Source: a virus
Lineage: Duplodnaviria > Caudoviricetes
Length of the DNA stretch: 64,000 nucleotides
IMG/VR virus record: IMGVR_UViG_3300030846_000100
Coordinates: 10,352 to 74,351 of that record
Direction: 5' to 3' (one strand)
Positions 29,971 through 40,446 of this stretch are shown here, in pieces. The translations under genes were made by a program, and so were the position numbers. The stretch's first letter is position 1. Each line of letters starts with the position of its first letter. Under the pieces are notes generated by a model, which had not been told where the DNA came from, searched no databases, and saw only the letters and a program-made list of their open reading frames with translations.

Positions 29971-30602
29971 GAATTGTACTTATTATGAAAGTACTTCATG
30001 AATGCTAAGTTGAATACTGCGTTCAAATCGTTCACGATGACATCCTTGAAGGTATTTTGATCATTATCGAATAGTGCTTGAATTGATGGAAAATCGCCCA
30101 ACGCATAAGCATAGTTCAAGACGTCTTCGTCTTGACGAGGATCATCATCGTACGGTCCGGGACCGTAAGGTCCTTCTTCTGTACTTGAACCAAAGACGTA
30201 TGAATCATCGAATTTTTGTGGTGTTTTAGGGTTCATGACATCATCAAGAGGCATCATTGCAATGTCGTACATCAAAGGACCGTAACCCTTTTCAGCCGCG
30301 GATGCTTGAACCTCTTTTGCACCGTACGCGGAAGCGCTGGGTTTCTTGAATTCAATGATTCCAACAATGGATTTCCTCAACCTTTGAGCGACACCCTCAT
30401 CCGTATAACCTTCAGCTCTACCCGTTTTTTGCAGTGCTTTCTGCAATGGCTTCATCTCGTCTAAAAAAACACTTGGATCGTACAAAGTGTAACACTTTCG
30501 TGTACCCGATCCCGTAGAAATGTGCAACGCAAGATGACGTTTCTTTGCATCCGATGTCGAAGCTGCGACCTCTTGAATGAAATTACGTAAAATCTGTGTC
30601 AC
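29967..30602 (-). CDS. GNAT-like acetyltransferase paralog with an internal in-frame deletion (tagged)
   Basis: MTQILRNFIQEVAAS; AAEKGYGPLMYDIAM is followed directly by MPLDD, lacking about 30 aa present in the paralogs. Confidence 0.65.
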   Translation of the reverse strand: MTQILRNFIQEVAASTSDAKKRHLALHISTGSGTRKCYTLYDPSVFLDEMKPLQKALQKTGRAEGYTDEGVAQRLRKSIVGIIEFKKPSASAYGAKEVQASAAEKGYGPLMYDIAMMPLDDVMNPKTPQKFDDSYVFGSSTEEGPYGPGPYDDDPRQDEDVLNYAYALGDFPSIQALFDNDQNTFKDVIVNDLNAVFNLAFMKYFHNKYNS

Positions 30603-30889
30603 GAGAGTAATGCCGCGATGTCATTGATGTCGGGAACGTTGATGATCGTGCCAGGAGGAACTTGGAGCCCGTAACCGATCGAACTCGCCGCCGCCAAAAT
30701 CCACCACGCACGACCGTCGCCGTATATTATTCCCGATAAAGTATCGAGCCGTTGTGCTTCCGTAAGCGTTAATTCACGTGTTTTGATCGTACCGTTCTTG
30801 ATACCTGAACGAATGACGTTGATGGCTTCTGATGTGCCGTATTGCTCACCCAAACGAAGGATGGGACAACGATTGTAGCGACTGAACAT
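30599..30889 (-). CDS. LysM-like baseplate/tail X protein
   Basis: RLDTLSG..YGDG..WWILA.A......VPPGT.I.VP. Confidence 0.85.
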   Translation of the reverse strand: MFSRYNRCPILRLGEQYGTSEAINVIRSGIKNGTIKTRELTLTEAQRLDTLSGIIYGDGRAWWILAAASSIGYGLQVPPGTIINVPDINDIAALLS

Positions 30890-31680
30890 TACGAAACCCT
30901 CAAAAGTAAATCATCGCCTGGTTTTGAAACACCTTTTTTTTGACGAATCAATGCGTGTTGGCGGCGCGCAGCTAACCGTAAATTTTCTTTATGAGATTCA
31001 GATTTGATTTTACCTTTTGCGGCAATTCTCATATTTTGTTTCGCGTTATCCGTAACAGGTTTAGAGATTCTTCTTTTGTTCGCAAGTGAAATTTTTTCCC
31101 TTGTTTCTTTTGAAGGAATATGTCCGGTCCTACCTTTCAATGATTGCGATATCAACTTACGAGTTTCAATTGGCATTGGGGCACGTTTTTTCGATGCAAT
31201 ACTCAATTTGATTCTAGTTTCATCTGAAACGGGCGGGCGATTTTTTGCTGAATTAGAAATGTTTAATCGTTGTTCAGAAGAAAACCTAAAACCTTTAGAA
31301 TGAGTATTTCCCCATAAATGATCTTTGAAAGATTCAGGTTTTGGTTTACGCATTTTTCTCTTAGTTTCCTCGGAATGTTTTTTTCCCAGCATTGGTTTTC
31401 GACCACTGACACCTTCACCGCCTAATGTCAAGTTACAAGCAAATGAACTTGAAAGAGGATCTTGATAGAAAGTATGAAATTCTTTGATCAGATCAATTTC
31501 CTTGTCAAAAGCTTCTTGTTCTGTTTCGGTTTCAAATACAATTTTTCTTACAATGCCATGTTTATTGCGAACATTTTTATGCTTCACATTTCGATTGAAA
31601 TGTTTAATACGTTTTTGGTTACCTTTTCCAACATAGAAAACAATTCCCGAATCAGTTTCATCAGTATAAACAAAAAACAT
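30889..31680 (-). mobile_element. Free-standing GIY-YIG homing endonuclease with NUMOD3 repeats
   Basis: FFVY...FYVGKG..KRI, CNLTLGGEG and KHSEETKRKM repeats; AT-rich. Confidence 0.88.
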
Positions 31681-31681
31681 G

Positions 31682-34600
31682 TTATTTTCCTTCTTTCACA
31701 GAATCAGAATCCATTTTGTGCCAGCCCAGAGAATAAATAGGCGCACGATTGAACCCTTGAAAATCAATACCAGGAGAAATATCGTGAATAGGCGTGAATG
31801 AAAAATTCACTTTAAAAAATCGAGGAGCTCTTTGTCCGATATTTGTTTCCCATGTTACATTATCGTAGAAATCGAAGTCGAGATTGTCAATCTTTCCAGC
31901 AAGCCCCTGTCCACGAGTCTCCTGAAACGATCTAACCAAAGCGTTCTTATCGGGGTTCAGGAATTCAGATAGTTGTTGGACTGAATCAGAGATCTCTGAG
32001 TTGCTCGATAGGATCTGATCCTTGATCTCGTTCACGGTTCGAATCGTTGGAAGGAGATTATCTGAATGCACGTTGTACGATCCACCGATGACACGACGTG
32101 ATGAGTTCTCGTTGTTGTCGTACTTCTTTTTAAGCGACGCTCGAATCCTCGACACGTCGTCGGAATTCATGCTGAATCGTGATAGCATCTCACCCGCCTC
32201 CATGATCGAAGGTTTCACGATAAGGTTTTTCGTTGTCTTGTCGTTACCGCTCGTGATCTTGAATTCAAAGAACTTGATGTCGTGCTTGTCAACCTGGAAC
32301 GTCGGAGCGAATCCCGCACCTTGATTGATCCCACCGATGATCGGGATCGTTGGTAACGTTACGCGTGTTGCGCCTTCAGTTTGATTGCTGAGGTTGTCGG
32401 TTGACAATGCCCATGTGTAGTTCTCATTCTTGGTGGAGATCGCATCCTGCAATTTCTTTTTCAGCTCTTCCAGCAAACCTTCGAACTTGATCTTCGTTCC
32501 GTTGAGAACCATCTCGCCTGAATCGGCACCGAACAAACGTGAAAGTGCGAATCGTGAGTAGTTCGACCTGATGACGTCACCGATTCGCAAACGAACGAGC
32601 GGGCTCGCAGACATCAGCTGGCTGAATGGTTGAATGATCGTGTTTTGACCGTCTTGAGTCGTGAGCGTTCGACCCTTCGTGTACTGCGGGTACACCATCG
32701 ATGTCAACTTGTTGACCTTGACCCACATATCGTTAAAGTCTTCCTCCGATGTCGATGCAATGTAAAAACCGCATGATACCTTTCGAGTCGTGTTCTTGTA
32801 GACTTGTACGGGATCAACACGACCGAATCCTTCTGACGATTCCCAGTTGGGAGAATACGCATCGCTCAACGCGGTGATGAACGCATGGAATGATATGATC
32901 TCGTTCGTTCGAAGGTCGTGAAGGTAGAAAGGAACGTACTCAGCCTCAAGCTTTTTTTCCATCATCTTGACGGTCAGATCGTTCGGGTTCGTGCTATCGT
33001 AAGGAATCCTTGCGCCACGTTGCTGTATGTCGTTCGATGTGAGCATCTTGTAGAAAACACGAGCCTTATCGTGTTGCATCCCTAATCCCGTGTTCAATGC
33101 ACCGATTCCGTTCATCGCAGTCAATCCAACTGCAGAATCTGGTAAGAGGTACATTGCTGGTGAACGATTGCTGCTCCACGCAAGCTTTAGTCCACCCGCA
33201 AGACGATTCTTGACGACGTTCCCCGAGAACGCATCGTCACTCTCAGAATCGATCCTGGATTTCTTTACGGGTTGCCCGGGTTCGTTGACGCTTTCGATCG
33301 AGTTCTCATCGTTCAGAAGTTGATCACCCAACGCGGCGAACACGTTCATCACCGATATGATCTTTGATGTTCGTATCTCGTCGATCACGCTAAGGATGCT
33401 TTGAGCGACCGAGATTGGATTTCCTCCGATGTTCTTGAATCGATCGATGATCAACGTACCTGACCTGATGATCGTACGAGCGACGACAACGTTGAATCCC
33501 GGACTTCTCGTTGAGTTGACGATCGTACCTCCCAATCGAGATACCAAGCTGCCGTCGTTGTTGACTCCGAAGAACGCTGCCATGCCTGAATCGACAGCTT
33601 TCTTGAATGGATTCACCGTTTGTCGAATTCCAAGCATCGATGCGATATCAAGCATGTCGCTTGGCGGGAATGCGTTCGGATCCGTACGTGGCATCACGGT
33701 TGAACGACCGAGCGTGAAACTATCTGATGAAGTCTTACCCAATGTCTTTGGTCCAACGTTGATGAGGTTGATGATGAAATCGAGGCCCTCGTAGATCAAA
33801 AACACACCCGATGTCAACGCAACAGATAGAGCGATCATGCCGATTGAATTGATTCCAGAAAACTGATCATTGATGTTGTTCAATGACCCCCAAGATCCTC
33901 CGGGTGCGATCGAAGTGATGTTCGATTCAGTGATCTCGTTCTTTGTCAATTTTTCAAGCACATCGTTCGCTTCAAGAACCGATTGGTTGATCCTTGACAA
34001 TGCGAGTTGATTCGGGCTTGGCAACAACGTCTTTGCTTCCGAACCGAACGATGTCGGGTCATTTCCCGAATCCGTCGATCCAATCTCACCTGACGCCCTA
34101 ATTGACAACGATGAACCCACCTTCGCAAGTTGGTTCGCGGTCATGTCACCGAAATCGGGGTGCGTGAACGTCGCATTGTACTTTGCGTTCGGGCGAACGG
34201 GTAACCTACGCTCATCATCCGTCGTCGTTATTCTTCCTTGGATGAATCCATTCTTCATGCCCAACGAAGCAGCGTCGAACCTATTGTTGGATAACGTCGA
34301 TCGAATGTACGTGCTCGTCGATTCGGGAGCCTTCAAGAGAAGATCGTTCCCGTCCGGAGCATCATCAGAACTTTTGCCCTTTTTAAGATCCAGATTGACC
34401 TTGGGATCCGTCAACGTTTGAGGTGAACCTCTGAGATCGGGTTGTTGGGAGACGTTCGGAAGCTCCGAAACGAACTTGTTCGTGTTCGAATCACTCATTC
34501 CCGCCGGAAATCCATTCTCGTCGGTCAAGGATGAATCAACGATGGTTGGATTGATTGGATACCGATTGACGTTGGAAAGTGACCCGAGGTACCGCCCGAG

Positions 34601-34765
34601 TGTCACCTTCACATCATTGCCGATGTCCTTCTTGGTCTTATCGACGTTGATGTCACCGTGATCGATTTTACGAGCAGTATCACCATTCTCACCTTCTGGA
34701 ACGTTGGCGAACGTGATGTTTTTGTTTTCGATGTCAAAGCCACCGTTGCCCGTGTTAGTTCCCAT
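31682..34765 (-). CDS. Large baseplate/tail-tube-initiator-like structural protein
   Basis: C-terminal FHAFITALSDAYSPNW....FGRVDPV..YKNTTR.VS..F tube-protein-like motif; located between LysM/X and the tape measure. Confidence 0.65.
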   Translation of the reverse strand: MGTNTGNGGFDIENKNITFANVPEGENGDTARKIDHGDINVDKTKKDIGNDVKVTLGRYLGSLSNVNRYPINPTIVDSSLTDENGFPAGMSDSNTNKFVSELPNVSQQPDLRGSPQTLTDPKVNLDLKKGKSSDDAPDGNDLLLKAPESTSTYIRSTLSNNRFDAASLGMKNGFIQGRITTTDDERRLPVRPNAKYNATFTHPDFGDMTANQLAKVGSSLSIRASGEIGSTDSGNDPTSFGSEAKTLLPSPNQLALSRINQSVLEANDVLEKLTKNEITESNITSIAPGGSWGSLNNINDQFSGINSIGMIALSVALTSGVFLIYEGLDFIINLINVGPKTLGKTSSDSFTLGRSTVMPRTDPNAFPPSDMLDIASMLGIRQTVNPFKKAVDSGMAAFFGVNNDGSLVSRLGGTIVNSTRSPGFNVVVARTIIRSGTLIIDRFKNIGGNPISVAQSILSVIDEIRTSKIISVMNVFAALGDQLLNDENSIESVNEPGQPVKKSRIDSESDDAFSGNVVKNRLAGGLKLAWSSNRSPAMYLLPDSAVGLTAMNGIGALNTGLGMQHDKARVFYKMLTSNDIQQRGARIPYDSTNPNDLTVKMMEKKLEAEYVPFYLHDLRTNEIISFHAFITALSDAYSPNWESSEGFGRVDPVQVYKNTTRKVSCGFYIASTSEEDFNDMWVKVNKLTSMVYPQYTKGRTLTTQDGQNTIIQPFSQLMSASPLVRLRIGDVIRSNYSRFALSRLFGADSGEMVLNGTKIKFEGLLEELKKKLQDAISTKNENYTWALSTDNLSNQTEGATRVTLPTIPIIGGINQGAGFAPTFQVDKHDIKFFEFKITSGNDKTTKNLIVKPSIMEAGEMLSRFSMNSDDVSRIRASLKKKYDNNENSSRRVIGGSYNVHSDNLLPTIRTVNEIKDQILSSNSEISDSVQQLSEFLNPDKNALVRSFQETRGQGLAGKIDNLDFDFYDNVTWETNIGQRAPRFFKVNFSFTPIHDISPGIDFQGFNRAPIYSLGWHKMDSDSVKEGK

Positions 34766-34783
34766 TGAAAATAACTATGAATG

Positions 34784-35404
34784 TTATAAGAACGATTCAC
34801 CGATCATTGTCTTGATGAATTTTCGTAGTTCATTTAAACCTCGACCTTTTATTTCTGAGCCACCCAAATCGACGAGAACTAGATCGTTTCCTCGTAACAT
34901 CAGATTCTCAACGTTGATGTCATTGTGACCCGAAATTCCTGCTTGATTCAATTGTTGAATTATTGGCAGAATTTCCGTTTTTATGATTCCCAGCGCTTCG
35001 ACTTCTGATTCGACATCTGGATCGACCTCATTGTCAAGAATTCTGAACATTAACAATGACCATTCACCGTTCGTATAATGATCCAATTCCTCAAGAGCGT
35101 TTTCAATCCTTTGAGCTCGTAATCCAGTCAATGGTGATAAACGTTCCTTGACAATTGCATCGTAATCATCCAAACGAAAAACATCTTGAACGTTGACAAT
35201 ATTTTTGAAATTTTTGTTCAAAAGCAGTTTGCATGCCCTTGCCTCCGAAGCATCCGTCGTGATTTTTAAAATTCGTGGTACGTCATGAAATGTACAAAAG
35301 TAAGCAAACCCCGTTGAACCTTCACCTGCTATTCCCGTAACATTACACCCTCGATCGTTAAGAAAATCTTCGAATTCTGATACAGTGTCATCTATTTCGC
35401 TCAT
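34784..35404 (-). CDS. Minimal protein-kinase-like protein (tag-like motif at the C-terminus)
   Basis: AGEGSTGFAY, ILKIT, HNDINVENLM and VLVDLG; ends LNELRKFIKTMIGESFL. Confidence 0.8.
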   Translation of the reverse strand: MSEIDDTVSEFEDFLNDRGCNVTGIAGEGSTGFAYFCTFHDVPRILKITTDASEARACKLLLNKNFKNIVNVQDVFRLDDYDAIVKERLSPLTGLRAQRIENALEELDHYTNGEWSLLMFRILDNEVDPDVESEVEALGIIKTEILPIIQQLNQAGISGHNDINVENLMLRGNDLVLVDLGGSEIKGRGLNELRKFIKTMIGESFL

Positions 35405-35613
35405 TGTCTTGTCGCCACTAGTTTACGTAGCTCTTCTTTTACCTCATCAGTGATAGAAATCAGAGGTTGAAGTGATTCTGAAATCTTCTCAGCGACGGAC
35501 AAGGCGATAGCTTCGACTTTTTTTCTTTCTTCGGGGTCAGTAATGTCATCAATCGATTTCAGGAATCGTTCGTTCTCCATGATCGACTTGATGAGTTCTT
35601 CTTTGGTTTTCAT
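35401..35613 (-). CDS. Small helical hypothetical protein
   Basis: Start re-placed at MKTKEELIK. Confidence 0.6.
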   Translation of the reverse strand: MKTKEELIKSIMENERFLKSIDDITDPEERKKVEAIALSVAEKISESLQPLISITDEVKEELRKLVATRQ

Positions 35614-35617
35614 ATGT

Positions 35618-36097
35618 TCATAGCTTGTCAATCGTGAATCTAGCGCCAAAATGAATGTTGTGAGGTAATTTATCAAGCGAGAACCATTCGTGATCATCGT
35701 TCTCCCAATTCAATTGTGGAACGAACGAATGTCTCGTTTCTTTCGCCACGTTATACACGTAAGTTCTGTAAGCAAAGTTCTTGTCTCTGAACGTTGTTAT
35801 GGTGATCAATTGAGTTGTGGCGGGGAGTGAACCCATCTCTTCTATTGTTTCACGCTTCGCACTTTTCAACCAGCGCTCGTTCGATGGATCTTGTGATGCA
35901 ACATTGTTGTTCTTCATTCCTTCTTCGTCGGTTGCCCCGCCGGCAATTCCCCAAGTTCCGGGTTGCATGACTTCTTGACTACGTTTCAGTAGAAGAACTT
36001 CATTTGTTTCCTTGCAAACGTACATGATTCCGGAAGCTTTGCTTCCCCAATATACCGCTTCAACGATCAAACTGATGTACGAGCGTAACAACGACAT
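35618..36097 (-). CDS. Nudix hydrolase (tagged)
   Basis: Nudix box variant WGIAGG...SAKRETIEEMG; start MSLLRSYISLIVEA. Confidence 0.85.
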   Translation of the reverse strand: MSLLRSYISLIVEAVYWGSKASGIMYVCKETNEVLLLKRSQEVMQPGTWGIAGGATDEEGMKNNNVASQDPSNERWLKSAKRETIEEMGSLPATTQLITITTFRDKNFAYRTYVYNVAKETRHSFVPQLNWENDDHEWFSLDKLPHNIHFGARFTIDKL

Positions 36098-36108
36098 TGT
36101 TTTACCTA

Positions 36109-39100
36109 TCACGAACTGCTTGATGAGTTGATGCCAATCTGTTCACCAACCTTATCACTGATCGTCGAGGCGCCTCTATCTGAAGGTCGTTCAGTCGCGA
36201 AGTTCAGACGATCACGAATGATCGATGATGCCCTCATGATCAACGCTTTTTCCATGTCTTCGGCATTCATGGAGACCTGAAGGTTGACCGTGATGTTGAC
36301 GGGTTTCGTTTGGATCGTGTACTGAGCCTTGGAACCGAGACCCACGTTCGCCGCGACCTGTTGCAACTTCGTCTTCACGTTGATCGTGTTTAGTCTCCCA
36401 TCAGAAAGAGCTTCGTCCATCTTATTTACCTGGTCGATCATTTCTTGGATTGCCTTGAGAGCGGGAGCAAGACCAGCTTGTTTGATTTCTTTGACGGCAC
36501 CATTCAATTCGGACGCAAATCCTTTGAACACGTTCATTGAACTCGCTGCGTTCTTGATGCTATCGGTGACCGTTCCGAACGTTTCGATTGATTTCGACAA
36601 TGCGACACCTTGCTCGGGGGAGACGATGTCGAAAGAGATATTCGCAAATTTGGCCTTGATTCCATCGATGGTTTTTTGTAGATCAAAATCCTTGCTCGTT
36701 AATTTTTTACCCAAGCTTTCAAGATCGATTATCTTTGACTTAGCCTCGTCGAGAGTGGTGGGTGATATAAAACTATCGGCTGAAACGACCGCTTTCGTCG
36801 CCGTCGATTTGTTTTCAAGCGTAATTTTCTTTGCTTGTTCCATTCGATCATTGATGCGATGCAATTCTTCTTCTAGATCACCGATCTGAGCGTTATTTTG
36901 AGCTCTCATGTTCGGTGCATCGGACACGAGAGTTGCCACACCTCCAAGCAAATCTTGCGTGAATCCCGATACACCTTCTTGACTTTCCTTCAATTCCTTG
37001 ATGGCACTTTTTATCGCGTCGGCTTGTCCCTGAAGAGCGTTAACGCTCTTGTTCTTACCTCCCGATTGAGCAAGAGCTATTGCACCGTGATTTTGGGCAT
37101 CTGCGCTCTTTTTAAATGATTCATCAATGATCTCTTTGCCTTTCATTCCGATGTATGCGACCGCAGCGAGACCGACAGCACCACCCAGAACGTTACCGAC
37201 ACCCGATGCTCCGAGTTTCAGTGCGAACGAATTCGCCATCGTAGCCGCGGATGCAATGAGCGGGACGGATGCCATCTTAGCGAACAACGAACCAGCCGCG
37301 GTTGATGCTTTTGACAACCCGCCAGATACCGCGTTAGATACAGCAGATGCACCAGCTGACCCACCACTACCGAATATCTTACCCAAGTAACCCATTGCAG
37401 CTGAAGTTCCAGCTTTCACTGCTGCAGAAGATGCGAACGATTCAAGCGTCGTCTTTACTATGAAGCTCGTGAACGCTGCGAGACCAGCTCTTGCAATCGC
37501 GGGACCGAACATCATTGCCACGGCAACCTTACCCGCGGAGATCAGTGCGGTCGAGATTGGAGGCTCTTGAACCGCTTGCTTCAACTTATCAAAAAGGACG
37601 ATTAACAAGCCTTTCAGCGCGGGCCAGATGACACTTCCAGCATCCTTCAACGAACCTGCAGTTTGCATGACAAGGTCGGTGAAGAATCCGAACTCTTGGC
37701 CTTGACCTTTGATGTTCTTCATGAACGCCTTCGGATCATGAATGAACTCAGTCAACGTTGACAACGTCTTTGCAATGCTCTTCGCGAGCAGGGGAATAGA
37801 ATCATTAACGATCTTGACAACGAACTTGAATATGTCCTTGAACCCATCGTAGATCTTCATTGCAACGGGGCCCTGAGCGTTGAAGAACTTCATGAACTGA
37901 TCCTTGATTCCCGCCAACGCCTCAGTCAACCCTTTTTGACCGGTGAAATAATCCTTAATCGCATCGGAAACGCTTTGTGCGACGGCTCGGAATTTCTTTG
38001 GATCAAAGAATTCACGCAATCCTGATAAGAACTTACCCAAACCTGGCATGATCTTTGGTAGTTGTCTACCCAGGTCAACACCGACGTAGTAGACCTGTTG
38101 CAACCCGTTCTTGATGTTGGAAATGATCTTGATGAAATCCTTTGAAGACTGGAATCCTCGACTCACACCCTTGACGAACATGTCAAAGTAACTACCTGTT
38201 TGATCCTGCAACTTGACCATGCGTTCAATTGAATCAGCAAGCTTACCCATCGCTTCAGCTTGGGTGAGTTGTTTCTTCTCAGCGACATCGCTCTTCTTCT
38301 TGATCTGGTCAAGTTCGACACCTTGATTCTTCAATGAGAATGCTTGCTTTGCGGTTGCCTCATCGAGACCCGTGGTCGATGCCAAGAGGTGCAATTGTTG
38401 ACGATTGAAATTCGCCACGTCAACGCCCGCTCTTGCGAACGATTTCTTCAGCATGTCCATCTGTTCGGCAGGACTTTGTGCTTCCATCAATTTGAAGGCA
38501 TCGATCGTGATACCAAACGATTGCGTTAATTTTGCCGCTGATTCTGCAGCGGAGTCGAAAGTTTCGAATTGATCAAGCGTCCCCGTGATCTTGTCGAGTT
38601 CAAGACCCAACTTACGTGCGTAGACGGAAGCTTGCCCGATCTCCTTGACCGACAATTGAGCGAAGTGCTTCATGTCGTCGAAGGCCTTCCCCATGTCTTT
38701 ACCGATCACCTTTTGGGATATACCAAAAGCATCGCCAAGTGCAAGAGTCTGTTTCGTCGTGTCAAGAAGGAACTTGCTCATCGGTTTACCGACTGAGATC
38801 GCCCTTTGAGCAAGGGATTTCATCGTATCGGCCGTTAAACCGAGACCCTTTTGAAATCCGAGCAAGGCGCCTCCATTATCTTCCCATTCCTTGCGTGTGG
38901 AATCAAACGTCGCTCCCATCGCTTCCGCGTTTTCTTTCAGGAACGTTAGACGTTGAGCGACGTCTCCGAACACCCTCCATGCTGATAGACCCGTGTCGGA
39001 GAATCCCTTCAAGTCCCTTGATAGACCCGTCAATGCCAGGGACGTGGGACCCTTTAGATCGCCGAATTCTTTTCTCAGATCTTCAATTGCTTGTGCAAAT

Positions 39101-39780
39101 TCGCCCCAGTTCGCTGATGCGGACGCGGCGAGGTCAACGAGACCCGTGAATATCTTCAATGGAATGGATGCAATTGCAAGACCAACGTTGAAAACGGTGC
39201 TCGATAATTCAGTCAACACGCCGATGAACGATTTTGACACAGCGACGACATTGTCAAAGCCTTGCTTGAATCCACTGATCGCCGCTGCAGCGATGAAGAT
39301 CGCTTTTGGAAATTTACCCCGGAAGAACTTTTCAAGACCCGACATGTTGTCGTTGAAACCTTTTCCGGATTTCTTCGCATTGTCAATCATTTCACTGATC
39401 TGATCAAAGTTGGATCCCGCGGTTCCAGCGTTCTTCAGGTTCTTTGAACTATCCTTGATGCGATCATTGAACGCTTTCACCGAATCATCGGCGACACTTG
39501 CACCCTTCGCAGCTTTACCCATCGCGTCGGCCGACGTCGAAGCAATGTCTCCTAAACTATCGGCAAGACCCTTTACACGTGCTGTGAGTGTGGCGATCTC
39601 AGCGTTCGCCTTCTTGACATCAAGGGCATTCAACGCTTCGGTGATCTTTTCAATGTACTGCGACTGGTTAGCGTACGATTGCTCGATCCGAGTCATGGTC
39701 ATCGCCATGCGCTCGATCACGCTGTTCATCTTTTGTGTTATTGAGAGCTGATCCTCAAGATTCTCTTTGGAAGTAGCCAC
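36109..39780 (-). CDS. Tail tape measure protein
   Basis: 1223 aa, Ala/Gly-rich helical protein with hydrophobic central segments, located in the tail block. Confidence 0.85.
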   Translation of the reverse strand: MATSKENLEDQLSITQKMNSVIERMAMTMTRIEQSYANQSQYIEKITEALNALDVKKANAEIATLTARVKGLADSLGDIASTSADAMGKAAKGASVADDSVKAFNDRIKDSSKNLKNAGTAGSNFDQISEMIDNAKKSGKGFNDNMSGLEKFFRGKFPKAIFIAAAAISGFKQGFDNVVAVSKSFIGVLTELSSTVFNVGLAIASIPLKIFTGLVDLAASASANWGEFAQAIEDLRKEFGDLKGPTSLALTGLSRDLKGFSDTGLSAWRVFGDVAQRLTFLKENAEAMGATFDSTRKEWEDNGGALLGFQKGLGLTADTMKSLAQRAISVGKPMSKFLLDTTKQTLALGDAFGISQKVIGKDMGKAFDDMKHFAQLSVKEIGQASVYARKLGLELDKITGTLDQFETFDSAAESAAKLTQSFGITIDAFKLMEAQSPAEQMDMLKKSFARAGVDVANFNRQQLHLLASTTGLDEATAKQAFSLKNQGVELDQIKKKSDVAEKKQLTQAEAMGKLADSIERMVKLQDQTGSYFDMFVKGVSRGFQSSKDFIKIISNIKNGLQQVYYVGVDLGRQLPKIMPGLGKFLSGLREFFDPKKFRAVAQSVSDAIKDYFTGQKGLTEALAGIKDQFMKFFNAQGPVAMKIYDGFKDIFKFVVKIVNDSIPLLAKSIAKTLSTLTEFIHDPKAFMKNIKGQGQEFGFFTDLVMQTAGSLKDAGSVIWPALKGLLIVLFDKLKQAVQEPPISTALISAGKVAVAMMFGPAIARAGLAAFTSFIVKTTLESFASSAAVKAGTSAAMGYLGKIFGSGGSAGASAVSNAVSGGLSKASTAAGSLFAKMASVPLIASAATMANSFALKLGASGVGNVLGGAVGLAAVAYIGMKGKEIIDESFKKSADAQNHGAIALAQSGGKNKSVNALQGQADAIKSAIKELKESQEGVSGFTQDLLGGVATLVSDAPNMRAQNNAQIGDLEEELHRINDRMEQAKKITLENKSTATKAVVSADSFISPTTLDEAKSKIIDLESLGKKLTSKDFDLQKTIDGIKAKFANISFDIVSPEQGVALSKSIETFGTVTDSIKNAASSMNVFKGFASELNGAVKEIKQAGLAPALKAIQEMIDQVNKMDEALSDGRLNTINVKTKLQQVAANVGLGSKAQYTIQTKPVNITVNLQVSMNAEDMEKALIMRASSIIRDRLNFATERPSDRGASTISDKVGEQIGINSSSSS

Positions 39781-39804
39781 GTCATAAGTAAGCGTTCGTT
39801 AGCT

Positions 39805-40446
39805 TTAAGCACCGTAATCCAACAAAACGATTCGCCCATCTGGGGCTTTACCCCACTGACGAGATTGAGCAACGTCAACGAATGTCTGTGATCGCCAATT
39901 GAAAACGAATTCAACGAACCTTTGAAGGACGTCATCATGCGTACCCGATGAAAAATGATCGATCCACATTTTGGTCGCAGGTGAATTGGGAGATTCAGTT
40001 CTCGCGCCGTCCAAAGCACTTTTTTGACGTTGAGAAACCATCGTCGTCATGAAGTTGTACATTGAACGTCGTTTGATCCCCAAGAAATCCTCGACCTCAT
40101 CGAGCGACTCGCACGGATTCACGAGCTCCGTAACAATCCATTCGTAATTTGGTTCATGTTCAAAAACTTTCGTGATGAACTCCGATTTCGCAGAATCAAG
40201 TTCACATTCATTTTGAATGCGACCGAATTGGTGTGCTGCAATCTTCAACGCGCGCTTTGATGACAACGCGAACACCTTTCTTGAACTACCTTCACCGATG
40301 AATTGTAAACGAGAAGATGCGTATTCAAGTCGTTGTTGTTCGGTGGTGAATGATTTGAATTCGCTCCAGTCGAACGGTAATCTTTTGTTCTTGTTTCGAA
40401 CCTCGTTCAATACGAGTTTGACGAATTCACGTAACATTTTACTCAC
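39805..40446 (-). CDS. Minimal protein-kinase-like protein (tagged)
   Basis: MLREFVKLVLNE; IGEGSSRKVF, ALKIA, QNECE and VLLDYG. Confidence 0.78.
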   Translation of the reverse strand: MSKMLREFVKLVLNEVRNKNKRLPFDWSEFKSFTTEQQRLEYASSRLQFIGEGSSRKVFALSSKRALKIAAHQFGRIQNECELDSAKSEFITKVFEHEPNYEWIVTELVNPCESLDEVEDFLGIKRRSMYNFMTTMVSQRQKSALDGARTESPNSPATKMWIDHFSSGTHDDVLQRFVEFVFNWRSQTFVDVAQSRQWGKAPDGRIVLLDYGA

